Part shown: piece by piece, positions 60,112-64,000 of the stretch
How positions within the stretch are numbered: the stretch's first letter is position 1
Layout of the letters: every line of letters begins with the position of its first letter
From: Phoronis australis
Lineage: Eukaryota; Animalia; Phoronida
Reading direction: 5' to 3'
NCBI GenBank assembly: GCA_002633005.1
Contig: NMRA01000355.1
Location: forward strand, 197,390 to 261,389
DNA: 64,000 nucleotides
Notes under the pieces: model-generated
What the model was told of the DNA's origin: nothing
The model's input: only the letters and a program-made list of their open reading frames with translations
Database searches by the model: none
Program-made: the position numbers and the translations under genes

Positions 60112-60273
60112 CAGGGGCGAATCCAGGATTTTGTGGGGGCAGGGCAAAGTATTAGCCAGGATTTTGCCTTCAGACATTCTCACCCCCGAGCTGCCAAATG
60201 GAATCTGGGGTAATTTTAGGCAGTCCATTGCGCCCTTGCCCCCCCCCCCTCCCGCCCTCTAAATCCGCCACTG
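60112..60273 (-). mobile_element. MITE family C, second copy
   Basis: CAGGGGCGAAT and ATCCGCCACTG termini; reverse-complement homology with 38386-38554. Confidence 0.8.
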
Positions 60274-63200
60274 AATTTTGTTTGGTTGTATGAGACCGAT
60301 TTCCTGAACATCAATAGAGGCCTCTACTCAACTCTGATGGCAGCAGACCTCTGGTACATGTAAGTTGCAAACAAAACTTAACAATAACCTTTTCTCGGAC
60401 AACGGATTTGTAAATTTCATTAAAATAAGGTATTGCTTTTTAAATCTGCTTTCAAACAGTGAAATAGGAAGTGATTCTTTTCATTTCTTCACACTTCGAC
60501 AGATGCTACTCCAGTATGAACGCGCATAGCATATTCTTTTCATTAAAACAAAACTTTCCGTTATTTAGGTCCAAAATCCTAAACTCAGCCTTGATATCAG
60601 TCCCATGTCCTAAGTGTTGCTATTGGTTACAGTTTCAGAGCTCTTAGATTCTTCTAATGTGAGTCAAAAAGTTTCGTCCATCAGACGATACAACAGAAAT
60701 GATTTAGTGTCGGAATATCCACGATTTTATACAGACCATTTCCCACACATAAGATTGTTTCCGTCCTTCTTAAGTGGCGATTTGAATTATCGATTGAAGA
60801 GACTGAGACTTGGAGATACCTTAGCGTAACAAACGTTGACTATTCCGCTTAATGTCTAAAGAGGGAAAAGTGGATAGCAAAAGTACGTGGATTCTTCATC
60901 TTTTGAGCACACAGCATGGCGGACAAGTGAAACTTCATTTCACGAATTTCTCAACAAGAATAACTATTAAGCAGAATTTAGTTGTTTTTCTTAGATTTTT
61001 GTGGTGTATAGATGTCATGAAACAACATTTGGTTAAGTTTCCTTTGTTTTCAGCAAGATAGTGATCCTTTAAAATTGTTGAAAATGAAAAGGGTTAAACT
61101 TAAGGCTTTCCTTGCGTAAAATCTCTTTCAAAATTGAATTTCTGGGGTAGAATATAATCAAGACAAGATTACATGCACCAATGCACCATTGCACGTCCAC
61201 AAATTGAGACTTTTGGCTTCTATTATATAAATGTGTGCCGTTATAAAGCTCCAATTCCCACACCACACGTACACGTGAAACTGAAAGTGTTACGTTGTCT
61301 ATTTCATGCAGTGAATTATACAAAAGCAAAACATAAGTGTCCCAGTGCAATAGTAATACTAATTTGAAAGCCCAAGACATGAACATGCAATTTGCTTTAA
61401 ATGTAAGACGACTGCGTTTTTTATTTCTTTATTTTGACAAGGCCGCTAAAGTGGGCCACTTTCACTAATGTTAACGGGAACCAGTCCAATTTTAACCCCA
61501 ATGAGATAATGATATTGTTGACGATCAAACAATTAAAATTATCGTCTAATAACGTCAAGAACTCAAGGCCATCCATCTAAAATGTATTCTTCCGTTGTAA
61601 AACCGAGAACTTCTACTAATTAAAAGTACATAGTAGGCAGAAAGCTTATAACCATAAATGCCAGTTTCTGGCTTAATTTTCATAAGTTACTTTATGCTGT
61701 AACGTGCTAACATGTACGTGGCCAGCATTTAAACAGTAATTATGAATTGGGTTAGGTTGCATAAACGTTATACGCAGGATAGCAACTGTGACGTCACATT
61801 ACCATGCGTAACGTGGCGACTGCCAAGTGTTACGTTGCGACTGTTGAACGCTACTCTTGCCGTCATGAAACAACCACGCTTGTCCATTGGTTTTTAAGTT
61901 TTGTGCAACTCATCGCTGTAGTTTCTATGGGGTCTTAGTTACATATACGCTACACATGTGACTACAACTGTGAAAACACCGCAACATGTACAAAAAAAGC
62001 ATTAAACTCGCCCCCAACAAAAAAATCGTTTGGTTTAGACGCCTTGTTGTACTTATAAAATTTGTCTCAATATTTCAGATTTGAAGTACTAGCTACGGCT
62101 TCAAATTAAACTCAAAACTTTGCCAAATACGGCCTTATTGGAAAAGGCGGGAGGGGAGAACATACAGACGGGGTAACATTAGCCATGGAAAACAACGATA
62201 GTCGACCTGGGAACAATTGCGCATGAGAACATCAGGTGGGGGCGTTGGGTGAGGAGAGTGTTGGTATCGAGAAATACTTCTGTGGAGGAGAAGGGAAGTG
62301 TAACAGAAATATGTCGGAATAAAACAACAAAGAACTTTGTTTTTAAAACCTTTAAATTCGATGTTCAAAAAGGATTAATCCTACCCGTTTACAAACGTTC
62401 CCGGATGGAACATACTTCGCGAGTTGACGAAAATGTTACACTGTATGGAAAGGATTGAAACGTGATTGATGATAATGACGACATTGCGTGTACTTATTTT
62501 TATTACGGTAAAAAGTCAGAGTAATAAGTGTGTCATCACGTCAATTTAGTAATGATTATTGATTTAGCATCATAAAGTTTGATCCAAATTTAGGTCACAA
62601 AAATCACCGTTGAGGAAAACAACTACAAGCAACATCCGTGCATTCTCAACTTCGGAGCTTGTGATTGGTTGAAGAGGCAACATACAGCACACACCTTTTT
62701 TAAATAATATTATGTATCAGCAGTCGATAAAGGCATGCTTTTCATACCAAATGTGCAGCTTCAAACGCGCTGACATTTCGCATATCTACTGTGTTAAAGA
62801 TATGTATACGCTGCACCACCACAATTTAACTCCTAATTTGATTCTAATAGACCTACTTGTTTATAGTCCACAGCGTTTGCGCGCGAAACCTCCTTCTTTT
62901 TGTAATGCTTATTACATGTTTTATATTTTTGCAATCAGATCGTAACAAATTTGTTGTACTTGAAATAGTCTGCAATTGCCCAAAAGACCAAATCCGTTTT
63001 TTGTATTGGCAATAATGACGCGATTGCTTTGGAAATCGTCTTAAGTTAAGGAATGTCGCGGGAGAGCCTATACTTAGCCATAATTCCGTTACTATTGCGC
63101 CGTGTTCCGAATTTGACACTTGAAATTGGATCTGAGCACACACCCCCCCCCCCACAAACACTAAAACTGCACACATTTAAATCTTGTTTCAGCCATATAA

Positions 63201-64000
63201 TTTTAATTACAGGGGTTAATTAATAAACTCAACATTTCCCGACGCAGTTGCTGTTTTACTTTTTGCGGCAGCCCCCCCCCCCCTAAATCCGCCTATGGTT
63301 TGTAAACTAGTACTTCATTTGCTTATTCACAACTTCATGTGACATAGCATATGTAAGTCCCAACGTCACCGGCACGTTCAAACTCGGACGTTGCTGTTTT
63401 TTGATGCACATTGCCAAACGTTTCATTGCAAACTTAATTAAACTCTAGCTCGTGAAGGCGACATCCCGTTGCTCCCAACTTGTTCAATTCTGTTGTTGGG
63501 AAGTTTACCCTCGTAGCCAATATCTTACACGACTGATTAACTCCATTCTGGCATTTATGGTTGGAGGGCCTGCGCTCTTTTGTTCGATAATTGCTCTAAT
63601 CTCCGATCAGATCGTATCTAGCCTGACTGGGCTGGGCTGATAAAAATGAAAGTTAAGTTATAACATATTTTAGCTTAAACCAATAGCATTTCTGAATTTC
63701 TCGTCAAATGCTGAACATGTTCCGTTTTTGAATCACCAAAATCGCCCCATACAACAGAAGTTAAGACAATCTATTCTGTCCAAACGGATTACCACCATAC
63801 GTTTCCATTGAAGCCTGGGAGATAATTGGCCTGCTTGTTATCATACGGGACAAAAGACTGAGCTGGGCAGTTAACAAAAGAGCCAGATGTTATCGCACGT
63901 TCAGCACCCCTAACGTCTGGAAAAGTTACAGAAGGCTGTAATGTTGCCAGTGTGAACAGCGCTTAACAAGAGTAAGATTTGCTTTCGTTGCATTACCGGA

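Overview
This is animal (invertebrate-type) genomic DNA, not prokaryotic. The only gene I can support is a complete Trk-family neurotrophin receptor tyrosine kinase (NTRK-like) on the minus strand. It has 15 coding exons from the ATG at 30212 to the TGA at 1643, all with GT-AG introns and consistent phases, giving a 2382-nt CDS (793 aa). Domain order is signal peptide, Cys cluster, 3 LRR, Cys cluster, Ig1, Ig2, TM, NPxY juxtamembrane and kinase. Seven exons (2, 3, 4, 6, 9, 10, 15) are not represented in their coding frame in the supplied ORF track and were found by reading the sequence. The C-terminus lacks the vertebrate PLC-gamma docking YLD(I/V)LG and ends in a class I PDZ-type motif (DSVF). 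The introns and the ~33 kb upstream region hold many non-autonomous DNA transposons (TIRs, some with TSDs, some nested), tRNA-derived SINE heads, a probable THAP relic and an excess of TACATGTA and TGACGTCA palindromes. I found no second gene and no convincing novel system. All alignments and motif counts were done by eye.
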